Made by a program: the position numbers and the translations under genes | Shown: piece by piece, positions 14,451-29,339 of the stretch | How the letters are laid out: each line of letters opens with the position of its first letter | Position numbering within the stretch: position 1 is the first letter of the stretch | The notes under the pieces: generated by a model | What the model was told of the DNA's origin: nothing | The model's input: only the letters and a program-made list of their open reading frames with translations | The model's database searches: none | Source: the human T2T-CHM13v2.0 reference genome, Homo sapiens | NCBI RefSeq assembly: GCF_009914755.1 | Contig: NC_060926.1 | Direction: 5' to 3' (one strand) | DNA: 64,000 nt

Positions 14451-15169
14451 TTTAAAAGCAGTCTGATTTTGAAATAATTCTATAATATTCTCAATTAAGT
14501 TCCACCTTTCTTTTTAAAGGTAAAAAGCATATCTTTTATTTTCAACATTGTAAAACCTTTATGTAAAGGTTTCCTGGAATGTAGTTTCCACTAGTAAAAT
14601 ATAATTACTGCATGAAAGATGCACATTCTGTTAGGGACAGTACCCTGTGACTGGTTCCAGTTAGTCCTCCTATAGATCACCATAAAATATGTGGTTTCAG
14701 ACTTTTATTGTAAGGTAAAAATGTTTCCTTCCTTCTTTTGAAAAATTGCTACAAGCCAATGAGGAGACTATGAAACAAACGTAACTTCTATCTTCAATGA
14801 ATCTAGGAGATAGTTGTAACAATAAGCCACAATACACACATATGCTCTCCCTCAGTCTTATGAGGGTAAATGCCCTGCAAATGCATTTATTCTATTTACA
14901 CATTTTTAACTTATTCTAATAACTTAAAAATATAATTCCCATTCATCCATTGATTTCAGGGGGAAAAACTTCCTTAATATAAAGAAACAACAGATTGACA
15001 GATATTAGGTAAAGCCTCTAACATGAAAGACAGCACAACAAATATAAAACTCAGAGGAAAAGACAATGAAGAATCAGACGAAATTGTAATTTGCTTAGAG
15101 CTAAGAGAAAATACTGTATCAATGATGAGTGGGATATAAAAGAAACACGCAGTAAACAAAGTGGTATTC

Positions 15170-15491
<322 letters not shown>

Positions 15492-15711
15492 TAGTATTTA
15501 AAAAAAAAAATTTATACTTCAATTTAAAAATATCAGTGAAAAAGACTGAGTGGAAAAAAATTCCACTGAAAGCATAGAGATAAACAGGTGGAAAGAAAAT
15601 CAGACACCCAACCCAGGAAAACTAATGTCCTATCAAGTGAGTTCTAGAAAGAAAAGACAGGGAGGGAGGGAAGGGAACATGACAGAAATAATGCATGAAA
15701 GTTTCCCCCAA

Positions 15712-16037
15712 ACTGAACAAGACGGATACACAGGTCTTCCTACTGAAATAGCCATCAAGTGTCAATGGCAATGTATTAGTTTCCAGCAGCTGCTGTAACA
15801 AATTGCTACAAATGGGTGGTTTCAAATAACAAAAATTTACACTCTGGCAGTTTTGGAGGCCAAATCAGTATCACTGAACAAGACAGATACACAGGTCTTC
15901 GTACTGAAATAGCGATCAAGTGTCAATGGCAATGTAGTAGTTTCCAGCAGCTGCTGTAACAAATTGCTACAAATGGGTGGCTTCAAATAACAAAAATTTA
16001 CTCTCTGGCAGTTTTGGAGGCCAAATCAGTATCACTG
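15712..16037 (+). repeat. 161-bp tandem duplication
   Basis: Copies start at 15712 and 15873; 6 substitutions; ACTG microhomology. Confidence 0.95.
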
Positions 16038-16170
16038 GGCTGAAATAAAGATGCCCTGGCTGCACTGTGTCAAGAAGCTCTAGGGGAGAATCCATTCCTT
16101 GCTTCTTCCAGCTTCTGATGGTTGCTGATATTCCCTGACTTATGGCCTCATCATGCCCAGAGTCTCACTT
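15771..16170 (-). mobile_element. MLT1 (MaLR) LTR, partial, end duplicated
   Basis: tgtattagtttcc..gctgctgtaacaaattgctacaaa..ctctaggggagaatcc. Confidence 0.8.
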
Positions 16171-16259
16171 TCTGATAACTCAGAAATTCACCAAGTTGAC
16201 AGTTACAGCTACATGATTTGAGCTTGCCTCACTCATTCTAAGCTGTATTCTTTGGAGAG

Positions 16260-16300
16260 AAAACAACGACAACAACAACAACAACAACAGCAACAACAAA
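16260..16300 (+). repeat. (AAC)n microsatellite
   Basis: aacaacgacaacaacaacaacaacaacagcaacaac. Confidence 0.9.
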
Positions 16301-17476
16301 AACCAGGCACCTTCAATGTGAAACTCATAAACACATGCATCAGGTCAATCTGGTTCTCCACCTTAAACTCTAGTTTCACTGTACAGTAACAGCCCATGTT
16401 TCCAGTGTAATATAATAATGTGAGAAGCTAATAAGTGCATGCCACTGTCTGCTACTTCTCTGTGACTATTATTTCTCTGAGACATGTATAAATTAATAAA
16501 AGCTCCAATTTTATATTTTCTTATCTTTTTTAACAAAAGAAACATTTTCATCTTCACTTTGTTTTTATTTAACCAATGATTTAAAATGTGAAATCCAAAC
16601 TTGTACTAGGTTGACTTGGCCCCATCTCCTTTTTCTAATTACAGTCAGATCCTGTATAATTGTTCAAATACAGGCGACTGGAATAATCTCCATGGAAATA
16701 CAACTATCACTGGCTGACGGGATACATTTTCAAAAAGTACACATCTATATGTAGCTATCTGGATTTTACAACATACAAAATAAATTCAAGAAGTTGGCTT
16801 AATGGCAGTTTTTACTTCTTCGTTTGTTGGTGGGTATAAGGGTGTATTTAATGTTTCTTCTGGACCACAGGATATAGAAGAGTGTGGGGAGGGCAAATGC
16901 AATGAAAGTTTCCCTGTCTTATTACTTCACACCTTAGTCACTTTGCTCCAGTCACACTGGCCTTGCTGTTTCTCAAACAGGCATACTCCCGGCCTTAAAG
17001 CCTTTGTAATAACTATTCTGCTGTTTAGAACCCTTGTACCCTAGATAGCCATGTGGCTAACTCTACCTCCAGCAGGTCACTTCTATGATGCCTAATAAAC
17101 ATCTTGCTTAAAATTGCAGTTACAACAGGAGCCCGACTTAAGTGGCTCCCAGTGGCCAAATATGGAATAATTTTATCACCAAAATCAATATGGTAATGAA
17201 TCATATACCTTTAATAAATCCGAAATTCATAAGTCCATGCTGATAAATACATATATACAAATTAAACATACATAAGAAGGAAGGTTCTTGCTTATAAAAG
17301 AATATTGAGTTCTAATGGGTTTATGTGAAGAAAGTACTACAGTTAGAAAATCTTGGTAAAGATTGGATCAGGCAAGGATAAATAATGGATGTTGAATCTA
17401 GGAGAAAATTTCGTTGAAGAGGAGGATATTGACATGAAAAAAAAGTGCCTCCCCATAGACTCTTTATTCATTGCTA

Positions 17477-17881
<405 letters not shown>

Positions 17882-18405
17882 TTAATATCACCAATGATGA
17901 GCAGCTGGATGTCATGTGCCTGCAGGTGACCTACTCTGAGAAGGACATAGCATCACCTATGAGGTATTATTTTACAGCTAAGAATGCAAAACCTTAATCT
18001 AGTCAAAAGGAAACATGAGACAAATACAAAATCAGGATAATCTCTTTTTAAAAAGGAATTATATTCTTCAAAATGTCAGTTTTATGAAAAAACAAAGGAA
18101 TATGCTTGAGATGTTTCATACTAAAGGAGAATAAAGGAACATGAAAATTCAAGGCAATACCTGATTCTCCAGACCATAGTGGAAGAGGGAAAATGCTATC
18201 AAGGACATTAGTGGGCCAAATGACAAAATGGGAATATGCAAGGTAGATTAAAGTATTACATCAATATTACATTTACTGACATTGATAACTGTACTGTGGT
18301 TGATTAAGAGAATATTCTTATTCTTAAGAACATCTTAAGGAGGTCTTTAGGGATAAGGGGCAATAATATATTCAATTTATCCTCAAACGGTTCAAGAAGA
18401 AATAT

Positions 18406-18413
18406 TGTGTGTC

Positions 18414-18452
<39 letters not shown>
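18406..18452 (+). repeat. (TG)n microsatellite
   Basis: Direct reading. Confidence 0.95.
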
Positions 18453-18454
<2 letters not shown>

Positions 18455-19317
18455 GGGAGCAAATAAAGCAAATGAGGTAAAATATTAACAACAGGTAAAT
18501 CTGGTAAAAGTGTATCTCATGTTGTTGCACTATTCTTAGTCTTACAACTCTTCTCTAAGTTTGAAATTATTTCCAAATAAAAAGTTTTAAAAATCACTTG
18601 CAGTCCACCACTGCCCTCTATCCCCCAGCCATGGTGCTTCCAATCCCCTTTATCTTGCTCCACTCTTTATATCAAGGCAGTATCACCTTTGAACATATTA
18701 ATTTACTCATTTTTATGCTTATTACCATCTCTCCTTAGTAAACTGTAAATTCTGCATAAGCAGTTTGTTTTTTGTTTCTTTTCCTATTTTGTTCACAGAT
18801 GGATCCAAGACCATAACAGGTGCCAGTAACAGTGCAGGGCACAGAGCAGACTTGATGAATGAAAGGCTGGCTGAGAGGCAGCCAGTCCCCTGGGACACTT
18901 GCCTCATCCAATACCCTCAAGCAACTTCTCCATAACCCCATCATGGCCTGGAGGTTTATTCTGTGTAGAAATAGAAGAAAGAGGCTCCTGATCTGGAGAC
19001 ACAGGGCACAGAAAAAGGCAGGGGAAAAGGAACATCATAAAAACAATATAAGTGAAAGCCAAAATACTAAATGCTAAGACATTCTCCCATGCAAACTCCA
19101 GCTCCTTGAGCTGTTTGCTTCAGGATGCTGTGTGTTAGATAAGTGGTTTGAAAATGTTTTTCTGAAGAGACTTAATGGCTCCAGAAAAAATATGTACACT
19201 GGAGAATACCACACCAAAAAAAGTTGGATACCTGTCCAAATTACCCTGTAGTACAGCTGACCAGCTGACCAAACCCACTCCCATACAAAACCTCCTGATA
19301 GTTTTGGTGCCTCATTC

Positions 19318-19620
19318 TTTTTTTCTTTTTTTTTTGAGACGGAGTCTCACTCTGTCACCCAGGCTAGAGTGTAGTGGCGCGGTCTTGGCTCCGGGCAACC
19401 TCCTCTGCCTCCCAGGTTCAAGCAATTCTCCTGTCTCAGCCTCCCAAGTAGCCAGGATTACAAGTGTGCGCCACCATGCCCAGCTAATTTTTGTATTTTT
19501 AGTAGAGACGGGGTTTCACCATATTGGTCAGGCTGGTCTCGAACTCCTGACCTCAGGTGATCCACCCACCTCGGCCTTCCAAAGTGCTGGGATTACAGGT
19601 GAGAGCCACCGTGCCCAGCC
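19318..19620 (-). mobile_element. AluSx-like
   Basis: Full Alu; TSD tggtgcctcattctt. Confidence 0.95.
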
Positions 19621-20835
19621 TGGTGCCTCATTCTTAAATATGAGTGGATAATGAATAAGCACTAGACATTTGAGGAAAGCTTCACTTCCAAGAGACAGAT
19701 CAGTACTTTTTTTAAAAGCATGAAGAAAGGAATTCAGAATGAATACAGACAATGCAGGAGCCCAAAAACTCTAAAAAATGTTTTCCTGAGAGAGAGAGAA
19801 AGAGAGACCCATGAAGTAAAAATAAAAAGGATATTACAAAAAGGAAGAAAAGAACAAGAAATTCCTTAGAAACTATTTGCATAGATGCCAAAATCAAAAG
19901 TTTAATTAGATGAATTGGAAGATAAAGTAGGGAAAATATCCCCTATTTCTCATTGCAAAAAACTAAAAATTGAAAGAAATGGATAATGGAAAAGAAAATA
20001 AATCAAGAAAATCTTTTCTGAAAGTATAACACACAAATAATGAGAAAACAAGTAGAGAAAAAAATACAAGAGTTTTCAGTGTGTAAGTATGCCAGTTTCT
20101 GGATTAAAAAGGATAAATAGTCCAAGGAATATCATCAGAAAATATAATACTGACAATAAAGTGAATATTCTAAAACTTTCCAGAGGAAGAAAACAGTTCA
20201 CAAAAATAATTAAAAACTTGAAATGACATACTTCTCAATAGCAGAGCTGGAAGAACTTAAAGCTCAGCACCAGCTGCTAATGGTGTTGATAGGAGGTGAA
20301 GATGGCAGGCTATCTTGTTGGAGAGCAATCTCCTTGCCAAGAACAATTAGAAAAGTTGGGAAAGTTTTTTAAAGTCCCCTTGAAGGCATCAGAGGCAGAG
20401 GAGATTTGAAGGCTAAAATGCTAGGGAAAAAGGAACTTCAGAGAGGAGTGCTGAAGTAGCTTTTCTTTGTTATTTGCTGATTTGCAAGCAGTAGCTAAGA
20501 AGCCAAGAAGCTGAAGAGAGTTTCTGAAAAATCTTGTGAGCTTGAAGGAAAAACCTGGGAATTGTGTGCCCATAAAAGAGAAGGCACTCTAGGCTTTCAG
20601 TGGAAACTATTAAAGGACTATACCCTAGAAGTAACGATGAACTGGAAATAGGCCAGCCCCTCCAAAGATAGCTTTGATTCAACCCAATTCCCAATGGCAT
20701 CAAAGTGACCTACCCTAAGAATAATTGCAAAAACAAAGGTAAATCCTCCCTGGAGGAAGATAAGATTCTAATATTGTTTTACTAATTTTTCACATATAAT
20801 GTCAGGTATTCAGTTAAAAAAAATACTTGCCAAGC

Positions 20836-21360
20836 TGTGATGGTCAATTTTACATGTCAGCTTGACTGGGCCACAGGGTGCCCAGATATTTGGTCAAACA
20901 ATTTGGATGTGTGAGGGTGTTTCTGGCTGAGATTAACATTTGAATGGTACACTGAGTAAAGCATATTGCCCTCCCTAATGTGAGTGAGCCTCATCCAATC
21001 AGTTGAAGGTCTGACTAGAACCAAAAGGTTTAATAAAAGAGAATTCCTTCTGCCTGACCACCTTCAAGCTAGGACTTTTTTTTTTTTCTGTCTTCAGACT
21101 CAAAATGAAACATCAGCGCTTCCTGGGTCCTGAGGCTGCCAGCCTTTGGACTGGAATTAAACCATCAGAAATTCTGGCTCTCAGACCTTTGGACTGAAAC
21201 TACAATTACATCATTGGCTTTCCTAGGTCTGCAGTTTGCTGACTACAGATCTTGGGATTTGTCAACCCCCATAAACATGTGAGCCAATTCCTTATAATAA
21301 ACCTCTTTCCATGTGCATACATCCCATTGGTTGTTTCTCTGGCAAACCTGGACTAATACA
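20836..21360 (+). mobile_element. MLT2 (ERVL) solo LTR inserted in old L1M/HAL1-like sequence
   Basis: tgtgatggtcaatttt..cttgactgggccacagggtgcccagata..gactaataca; CAAGC TSD on both sides. Confidence 0.9.
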
Positions 21361-23634
21361 CAAGCATACGGATAGACAAGATAATATAACCAAAGCAAAG
21401 GAAAAAGCTGAAGTAGGAATGCAACCACATGAGACTTAGATGTTGGAATTATCAGACACAATCTTTATTTATTTTCATGTCAAATATATGATCTCTGAAC
21501 TTTTATAAAAGTAATGATAATTTTAAAAATTGTTGATGGTACAAAGGAGAATAAAGTCAGATAGGGAGTTTAAAATAACTATAATATGATCAAGATATTA
21601 AATGACAAGATGGAGATTTGCAGGAATTAGTAATTATAACAATAAAATGGAAATTTTATAGGCAAAAAATAGAATAACTAAAATTGAGGATGTAACAGAT
21701 GAGTTTAAAGGTGTTTATACATAGCTCAAGTGAGGATTAGTGAAGTAGAATGTTAAGTCAGAAGAAATATCTAGAACGAGGCAGGGAGACAAACAAAAGA
21801 GTTACTGTATGCAGATTATGCTCTAGTTAAAAGGAAAGCTGAAACATCTAACAGGAAAAATCAAAGAAATATGCAATGCCTATAATATAGGGTAGAATAT
21901 AGAAGAATTATGAGAAAAAGTGTTACCAAAGGAAGGACAGAGTAAAAATGACTGGGAAGAATCAGGAAAGAGTTCACACAGGAGCTCATGTTTGAGATGA
22001 TTTTCCAGAAGAACAGGAGGCATCAGTTAGATGGTGTGGGACAAAGCAGAAAGGAAGTAGCTCAACAAAGGCACATAGATAGGAAAATATATATCTAGAC
22101 AATGAGAAATTATAAAGTCAGGATGGAGCCCTAAGTGCAGGGACTGTAAGGCAAACACAGCAACTATGAACGGAAGGAAACAAGGGCCTTAAGGAGAACC
22201 CTCCTGGTACCCAGATAACCAGAATATGTCCTTAAGTTTTTATGAAATCTCTTCTGAAAAAATGTCTATTGACATTAATATAATATTACTGAAGCTCTCA
22301 GAGACTTTCTCCTTTGTAAGAGGTTATAAGAAGCTCCTCAGCATCTTCCTAAGGGTAGTAGATTATGAAAGGGGAAAAGGCTGAATCTCTAACACTCAAT
22401 TTGGCTTTTTGCAGAAGCTCCCATAACAGTACTGGTGAGGGGAGAAACTATTTGTTGAAATGGAGTTTCTAGACTGTGTCTTCATTCATGCATGCTCCCT
22501 CTGGTCTCTATATGACTGACCCTGGAAAATGATTTACTGTCTGGCTTCCTAGGGAGAGGTTTGCAGTATGACGCTGGCTTCCATCTTTTATGTATCAATA
22601 CACCTTCCTGATACCTGACAATCTTGCTTCTTCCCAAACAAATACAATTAGTCTGAAATGGCCTGGAATGTGAGATCTCAAAGCAACCACATTTTATTCT
22701 TGTGAAGCATCTTTCATTTAGTGCCTAGCTTTCATTTAGTGCCTGCTAGGCTTTTTCCATTTCAGGAAATTTTTTGTGGCCTACATTGCATATTGTTCAC
22801 AGATTTTCCATACAAGCTGGAAGTGAGCGTAAAACAACCTCATACATGCTGGTTAACCATATTAGAGAGCTTTTTCCTTTCTTAAAGATCACAATCATAC
22901 TTCTCATCTCCACAAACAGACCTAGAAAGAAGCTTCTATCTGAACTAAACAAAAGCCAAAAAGAGGCAATTTCACAGAATGTTGTTCATCTGTTTCCACT
23001 CCCCTCCCTGTTATGTCTTCTCTGATAGTTATAGTCTGTCCACTGAGGCTCTATGAATGTGCTCTTCTATGAACAAGGCTTCAGTGTGGCCAGGTACAAG
23101 CGACATTTTTCAGACCTATATCCACACAAATGCAAGGGAATTCACAAATGTATCACCTCTGCCTTAGCATGGGCCACTCTCTCATACCACAGGGCCTCTC
23201 AATATCCTACCACTATTAACCTCTTGGTCAGATGAGATTTGAATATGGCAATACTTTCAAATAAGATCTGCTTCAACCTAGAGTAGGATGAATGATGCTA
23301 ATGAATCCCAACCTGTGATTTTGTTATTACATCAAATAATCACCAGGCAAGCTATCAAAAGACATGCTTATCAACAACCCAAATTATCTTTTTTTTGAGG
23401 TGGGGAGAGAAGTAATGTTAATAAAAAAATTGCAAGGAAGACCAAAAGTCTAGGTAATTGAGTGGAGTAGGAAGAGTGGGTAAGATAGTGTAAAAGCAGG
23501 GAAAAGTGACAGGGGAAAAGGCTAGGCTAGCTGCTACTGCTACAATGCTGATACTAACTTAGGGCCACTACTGGTCTTAGAGGTGGGTTTTCCTGCAAAG
23601 AAAACAAGGAGTTGCTATTACCCTTTTACTTTCT

Positions 23635-24234
23635 TCTTGATTTGTTATCTATTGCTATGTAATAAATTACTAAAACTTTGCAGCTTAGAACAATACGAAC
23701 TTGATATTGCACAGTTTCTGCACATCAGGAGTCCAGGCCTAGCTTAGCTGGGTTCTCTGCTTAGCATCTTACCAGACTGCAATCAAGGTGTCAGCTAGGG
23801 CTGCAGTCTCATCTGAGGCTTGACTGGGGAAGGATACAAATCACTAAGGTTGTGGAGAGGATTCAGTTCTTTGTAGTGTAGCATCAAGGATTTCAGTTTT
23901 TTTGTTGGATGTTGACGGAAGGCAGCTTTCAGCTTCTAGTGGCCCCTTGCAACTCCTTGCCATATAGGCCGCCCAACATAGACAACCCACAACATGGCAG
24001 TTTGCTTTTAAAGCCAGCATGGGAGAGAGACTTCTGCAAGACAGGCCTTACAATCTTAGGTATGTAAATCACATACACATAATCATGTGCTTCCTGTCTG
24101 TCACCTTTATCATATTTTGTTGGTTAGATGCAAGTCATCAGTCATATCCACTTATGGAGGGGATTACGTGTAGGAATGAACATTAGGAGGTGAGGATCAT
24201 GGGGTGCCACCCACCCTAAAGTCTGTCCGCCACA
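23635..24234 (-). mobile_element. MLT1 (E/F-like) LTR
   Basis: ctgcaatcaaggtgtcagctagggctgcagtctcatctgaggcttgactgggga..gtctgtccgccaca. Confidence 0.8.
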
Positions 24235-24959
24235 CCCCTAAGCTCTTTCCTTTCACTTACAGCAGTATTTTGTACAAACATTTGTGCTATCCAATTTAAG
24301 AAATCTTCAACTATTCCGAGACCATAATAATATTCTTCAATTCTATCTTATAGAAGCTGAATTAGTATTGCTCCTTTGGATGTATATAGCTGCTAACTCT
24401 TGCTGCTGATCTGTATTCTCTTTCACTGTCGAACAAGACAACTGTTTCCTTAAGGTCAATGCAGTGGTTAATCTGTATGAACAGAAGAAGTCAGTGGCAC
24501 TTATGAACCAAGTGAGAATTTTACCAGCAGAAGCTGCTGATGTAACTTTCATATAGTTTAATTTAATTAAATGAAAAAAAAAATGGATGTCTTCCTTTTG
24601 GGATGTGTAAGACCCTATGCTAGAACTTGCAAGGGTACAAAGAAAACAAGCCAGCTCTTGTTCTTGTGGCTATAAAAAAAAATTACACTTAAGCTACAAG
24701 CCACAACAGAAAAGCTACAGGAGACAATATCATTGGCCCAAAAGTAGCAGAAGTTATATTCTATCGGAGCAATCAGCAAAGTTTTCATGCAGGAAGTGAC
24801 ATTTGGCTAATGACTTATTTGTTCTTTTGTCTATTTATAAACTATCTTGTACCCAGAAGGACTTAAGAAGGTTGGTATTTAATATGGGCCCTGTAGGATA
24901 ACTTGAGCCCTAAGAAGGACTGCACTGAACTTGACAATATACAAAGCAAACATAATTTA

Positions 24960-25092
24960 TACCTACTGGGTACAATGTTCACTATTTGGGTAACTGGTAC
25001 ACTGGAAGCCCAATCCCCCCCATTACATAATATACTCATGTAATAAACATGTACATGTACCCTATGAATCCAAAATTAAATTTTTAAAAAAG
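24960..25092 (+). mobile_element. L1PB/MA 3' tip
   Basis: gggtacaatgttcactatttgggt..catgtaccc. Confidence 0.75.
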
Positions 25093-26656
25093 ATCTATCC
25101 TGGAACAACTTTCTGCTCTAAAGTAACATGAACAAATCACCTTAAAAGAAAAAAAAAGAGAGAGAAAAATGCATGACCATTAAATGTCTATAATAGTGAA
25201 TAAATATATGTCATTACAGAAAATTCAAAAATAAAAAATAGAAAAAAAAAACCCAAACTCACCACTTAAATACAACCACTAAATTCATTTTATAATTATC
25301 AAGCTTTTCCATGTGTGATTTTTATACAGTTGTATTCACACATTCTCTATGTATTCTGACATCCTTAATATTCTATAATTAACTTTTATGTATTATAATG
25401 TCTTTTGCAAATATAATTTTAATGGCTGTACTTTCCATACTCTACCTAACCTTGCCTTTAAGGTTGGACATTAGGATGTTTCCAATTTTTTGTTATAATA
25501 GATAATAGTTTTGCACATGATTTTTTCTATCTTTGTCTGTTTTCTTAATATAAATTCCAAAAAAAAGAATTAGTAGGTTCAAAGGGTATGAATACTTTTT
25601 TAATGGAAATTATTTTTTTCTGATAATACATGGTCATTATAAAGAAAAGCAGAAACAATGTAGAGTTTTCACTCCAATACATCCTTTACCCCTAACCACC
25701 AGAGAAAACTACTATAAGCCACCTGGTATTTACCTGTTCAAACTTATTTAAAATGGATATCGAAGTACACACATACACAACACAACTTTTCTTTTAGACT
25801 ATGTAATAGTAATAGTTAATTTTGATAACTGTTGAGGTTCATTCATCAAATGAACATTAGCAAATACTACCATACTCAATATAAACAGACATCATTAAGT
25901 ATACTACTATATACTAATTCATTAAACACTATCACACATTGTGGTAGGCACACACTTTTTGATATATTAGTTCTTCAGTGAATTATCTGTTCACATCCTT
26001 TGCATCTTTGAGAACTTGCTGTCCTTTTTATGAATTTCTACAAATTATTTATTGTAAGAAATTAACCTAAGCTAAAAGGATTAGCTAAAGGCCCACATAC
26101 TACAGACTAGTGACTTCCATCACCAGGGTAATATTTTCAAAACTTGTTACAATGCCACGTAAACAACTATTTCCGTGCCTGAAGACACAAAAATACAGAC
26201 CATGGAGTTTGCTGAAATGCAGAGGTCTACTGCAAAGCGTCAGATTGAGAACTTACACACCAAAGAGCTTCAATCAACTTCCACTGACACATCTGATACC
26301 ATCTTAGAACTTAAAAGATTCCAAAGAAATAAGAAAGAAATTTATAGTCCCATTTCAGTTTTGACCCTAATAATTCAAGGAAATGAGAAAATACATCTTG
26401 GTAGTGCTGTTACCCTGAACAAGCTGATATCAGCACATTTACTCAAGGGAGTCTCTGTGTTTATGGACAACGTCATAGGTGGAAAGAACTAGAGCACATT
26501 AACACAGAAGACCTTTCCTTCAGAGAATTTGATTCATATTCCTCCTGCTTCCAAGGGATATGAGAAGACAGAGCTGACATCACAGAAAGACCAAGGACAG
26601 ATTTAACTGTCCACAGCATTTCAATGCATTCTGTTCCAAGCTTTTGGAAAGCTTAG

Positions 26657-26805
26657 GTAGGTGGTTCTCAAACTTAAGCATGTACCAGAATCACCTGCAG
26701 TGCTAGTTAAATGCTGGTTGGTGAGCCCCACCCCTTGGGGTGAAGAGGGGGAAGAATTTGCATTTCTAACAAGATCACAGGTGCTGTTGATACTACTTTG
26801 AGACA
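26657..26805. mobile_element. MER5A-like hAT-Charlie element
   Basis: gtggttctcaaactt..cagaatcacctg..aatttgcatttctaacaag. Confidence 0.75.
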
Positions 26806-27154
26806 TGTTGGCTTATTCAAATTAGTGCCCAGTGTCATCTATTATATTTTACTTACAACTACAGTACTCCTGGGCCAAGAAGAGGTAGTGATAAAATGTG
26901 TTGGGCAGTAAATATACAGCTTTCTCTGGCTAGCAGCCACTTAACTTCATTTGCCCCACCTGTCATTTTAAACACATCTCACTAATTCCCAAGCTATTAG
27001 ACATCTGAGAGGATGGGGGAACTTTTCGATATCTGACAATATATCATTGGTACACAAATATTAAAATGGCTCAATATTTAAATCTGAAAAGTGTTCAGAA
27101 ATTCTCAGATGAAATGCATTAGATAAAGTACTAAGTATTAACATGCATGAAGAA

Positions 27155-27440
27155 TGTTCTATTATAAACCCGTTTTCACTTTCTTGCAGCTTTCCAAAAA
27201 ATTAGCCCTTTGTGGTGAAATTTTCCATGCTTGGTTTCAGCCCAAAGGTGATTTTTTTTTTTGCAAAGTTTGAGAAAAACATATTAAGTCGTTTTTGAGT
27301 TATGAAAAGATGAAAAAAGCCCACACAATTTTTCCACTTTGAAAGCAATTTCAGGATTTAAAAAAATACACAGATAACTAAAAATGGCTGAAGTTGAAAA
27401 GTTGAAACTGTCCATGTGTCTAGTTTTTAGCAAGGTATTC
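27155..27440. mobile_element. Ancient MER121-like element
   Basis: attataaacccgttttcact..tgaaattttccatgcttgg..ttttttgcaaagtttgag..gtttttgagttat resembles the recalled MER121-type consensus; internal inverted and direct modules. Confidence 0.5.
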
Positions 27441-28769
27441 TGGGTAACTCAGAAAAGATAATGTGTGTGTGTGTGCGCACAAATATGCAGATACATATAT
27501 ACTTAAATAAATGCATAAGTGATTGGAAAAATAGCATTTCATCATCTACAATACAAACTTAGAGTAAGAGACTTACGGTTTTCTGAAATGGAAAATCTTT
27601 CAGAAATCAGAGTAGTTAGGTGCTGATTGTCTAAGCCTGTGTTTTTCACGCAGCAGGATTTATTAATGGGTCACATAGAGGTAACTGTCAAACTACTATG
27701 CACTATGTTTGCAGAATCCTCCAATTTCCTTCATAGTCCTTCTGTTCCCAGCTCAATTCTAGGACTCTGATTTACTATCTTTTCAGTTTAATTTCTGCCC
27801 TTGGCCCAGGCCTCAACAGTCTCTTTATCTCCTATGCTCCAGAACACTCACACATGCTGTCATTTCTCTCAGTTCTCTCTGAACTCCTCCCAATGCATTC
27901 ACCTGCTTCCTACTAAAACACTCACTGTGTGTTTGAAGAACTCAAATATTAAAAAAGCAAAAATAGAAATCTTAAGTTTAGGCCAAATAGTTTGGTGATT
28001 TGTGAAAGCAACTTAGTCTAACCATCTGTAATCATCACCTCTCTAACTCACCTAGAAAACAGGTAGTGGGAAAGTTAGAAAACAGAATACAGAGTCCCAG
28101 CTCTGCTACTTTCTACTAGTTGACATATGGGTTGGACACATGGCTCCTTGGCACTTCGGTCTCATCTTTAAGATGGGAAAAATCAGATTGTTAAAATACC
28201 TTGTTACATGTGAACACGTTTTATAAATTTCAAATGAATGTTAGGTATAATCACTGTTAGTAATGACAATAACATCAATTTTAAAAATTGAGCTAGACTT
28301 TTTCTAGATGGAAAAGGAGAACCAAATATGTAATATATGTTCCCCCTACACCCCAGGGAAGGGGTAAACCACTTTTGCAAAGACATAAATATTAAGAAAA
28401 ATTCCATTTTCCAAGTTTTCAAGTATGTAGACTAAAAGACAAATGGAAGGAAACCTGTTCCAACAAAAGTTCCTATTTGTCTTTCATTTTCGACATCTCT
28501 CTACGCTTGGGCTGTTCCTCTCAGCATATGTTAAATTCTCCCCTACTTACAGGAAAAAAAGTTCCCTTGACCAGCTTCTTCCTTAAATTATTATGTGTTC
28601 TTCTCCTTCACTGGCCAGTGGAATCACTATCCATTTATCACCTAACTTCCTGCAACCCCCTTGTCCCATTATTTCACTAAAAGTCTGTCTTCGAGGACAC
28701 CAAGAACCTTTTACTCTAGAAGCCTGAAGCCTTCAACATTTGTTACATTCAACCCTGTTACCTTGTTTA

Positions 28770-29275
28770 AATTATCTACTGCTATATAACATAGCATCTC
28801 TAGACTTATGGTTTAAAATCACAATGATTTTGCTTTCTCACAATTCTGTGGGTCAGGAATTCAAATAGGGCTCAGTTGGATGGTTCTTTTGCTCCATGTG
28901 GTGTGGGCTGGGGTCACTCATTGGGCTGCATTCAGTGGCGGATGGGCTGGGCTGAGATGGGCTGGAAGACCCGAGAAGGTTTCACTCAGGCCTGGTGCCT
29001 CATGATCCTCCTACGTAGCTAGCTTGGGCTTCTCTCAGCCTCGTGGTCTCAGGGCAGTCGGCTTTCTTACACAGCAGCTGGCTTCTGAGAGGGAGGAAAT
29101 AGAAGCTCCTAGTCCTCTTAAGGCCTGGACTTGAAGCTACCAGAAGTACATTACTTCCACTGTATCTTATTGGTGAAAGTAAGTCACATGCTTGGCCTAA
29201 ATTTAAAGGGGAAGGGAAACAGGTTTCATTTCTTGAGAGGAATGACAAAAAAATCTGTGGCCATCTGTAATCCTC
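28770..29275 (-). mobile_element. Old MLT1 (H-K-like) LTR
   Basis: ctcacaattctgtgggtcaggaattc..gggctcag..tggccatctgtaatc. Confidence 0.75.
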
Positions 29276-29339
29276 CATATATCTACCCCTTTCTTGACAT
29301 TCTTGCTCTGTTCTTAGCTGCTGTGGTGTACTCTAGTCC

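Noticed and set aside
26175-26492. 105-aa plus-strand ORF in non-repeat sequence
   Set aside because: GTG start, no recognisable domain or splice context; compatible with chance.
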